Virus record (IMG/VR): IMGVR_UViG_3300017914_002447 | Coordinates: 1 to 24,732 of that record | Source of the DNA: a virus | Lineage: Duplodnaviria; Caudoviricetes | DNA: 24,732 nt | Direction: 5' to 3' (one strand) | Part shown: in pieces, positions 24,128 to 24,732 of the stretch | Layout of the letters: every line of letters starts with the position of its first letter | How positions within the stretch are numbered: position 1 is the first letter of the stretch | Program-made: the position numbers and the translations under genes | The notes under the pieces: model-generated | The model's database searches: none | The model's input: only the letters and a program-made list of their open reading frames with translations | What the model was told of the DNA's origin: nothing

Positions 24128-24732
24128 GTATATTTTTGATGTAGACGGCACACTTACTCCAAGTCGTCAAAAGATTGATCCGCAGTTTGAAGCATGGTTC
24201 AGCAACTTTATCAGCCGAGAAAAAGTATGGCTGGTCACAGGATCAGATTATGAGAAAACAGTGGAACAATTGGGTACAGAGATTTGCGAATCAGTTGCAA
24301 CTGTATACAATTGTTCGGGCAATGACACATGGTTCAAAGGCAAACGAGTGAATGCAAAATCGTTTGATGCACCAAAAGAATTATATGACTTAATGAATGG
24401 TTGGCTACAAACTAGTAGTTTTCCATTACGCACAGGCAACCATATTGAAGAGCGTATGGGCACTATTAACTTTTCGATTGTAGGTAGAAATGCTACATTA
24501 GGCGAACGCAAACTATATGTAAAGCACGACTTAGAAAACAGAGAACGTGAAAGTATTGCGTATCAAATCAACTTAGAATTTCCTGATATAACTGCCACAA
24601 TAGGTGGAGAAACTGGCATTGACATCTATCGCAAAGGCTGTGACAAAAGTCAAATCCTAGAAGACTTTGATGCACCATATGACAACATCTATTTCTTTGG
24701 TGACAAGTGCGAACAAGGTGGCAACGACTGGC
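24120..24732 (+). CDS. HAD-IIB phosphomannomutase, eukaryote PMM-like; 3'-truncated by window edge
   Basis: Read manually from GTG 24120: MNKYIFDVDGTLTPSRQ...VTGSD...IEERMGTINFSIVGR...IGGETGIDI...DK...IYFFGDKCEQGGND. Confidence 0.88.
   Translation, partial: MNKYIFDVDGTLTPSRQKIDPQFEAWFSNFISREKVWLVTGSDYEKTVEQLGTEICESVATVYNCSGNDTWFKGKRVNAKSFDAPKELYDLMNGWLQTSSFPLRTGNHIEERMGTINFSIVGRNATLGERKLYVKHDLENRERESIAYQINLEFPDITATIGGETGIDIYRKGCDKSQILEDFDAPYDNIYFFGDKCEQGGNDW

Noticed and set aside
1-24732. Stop-codon reassignment, tRNA genes, CRISPR arrays, transposases
   Set aside because: Known genes are full length under the standard code and end in TAA, TAG and TGA. Intergenic gaps are very short, and I saw no cloverleaf, repeat-spacer array or transposase.

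Overview
This window is part of a large, AT-rich, T4-like (myovirus-type) dsDNA phage genome, probably aquatic and infecting a Gram-negative host that is likely alphaproteobacterial. Genes are densely packed, often with ATGA/TAATG overlaps, and all but phoH lie on the + strand. In order: clamp-loader subunit (partial), 7Fe ferredoxin, thyX, phoH, hypothetical genes, and a lysis cassette (GH19 endolysin, overlapping i/o-spanins, NlpC/P60-type hydrolase, candidate EF-hand holin). Next come a dnaJ-def-clpA proteostasis block and a ~6.7 kb array (10.9-17.6 kb) of late-promoter-driven modular proteins. The window ends with a DsbA/GapR-like DNA-binding protein, a radical SAM / 2OG-Fe(II) oxygenase / glycosyltransferase-like trio, family B DNA polymerase, a TagD-like cytidylyltransferase and a partial eukaryote-type phosphomannomutase. 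The most interesting signal is the 10.9-17.6 kb array. Many of its proteins start with a T4 capsid-targeting-like leader and are built of modules separated by (I/L/V)-x-E prohead-protease-like sites. Its cargo includes an RNA-ligase-like KxDG protein, a HIGH-type nucleotidyltransferase, a degenerate pterin dehydratase, a metallothionein-like module and a bacteriocin-like amphipathic segment. Two A9 tracts sit at module boundaries, where slippage would give short and long isoforms. All calls come from motif recognition by eye; no searches were run.
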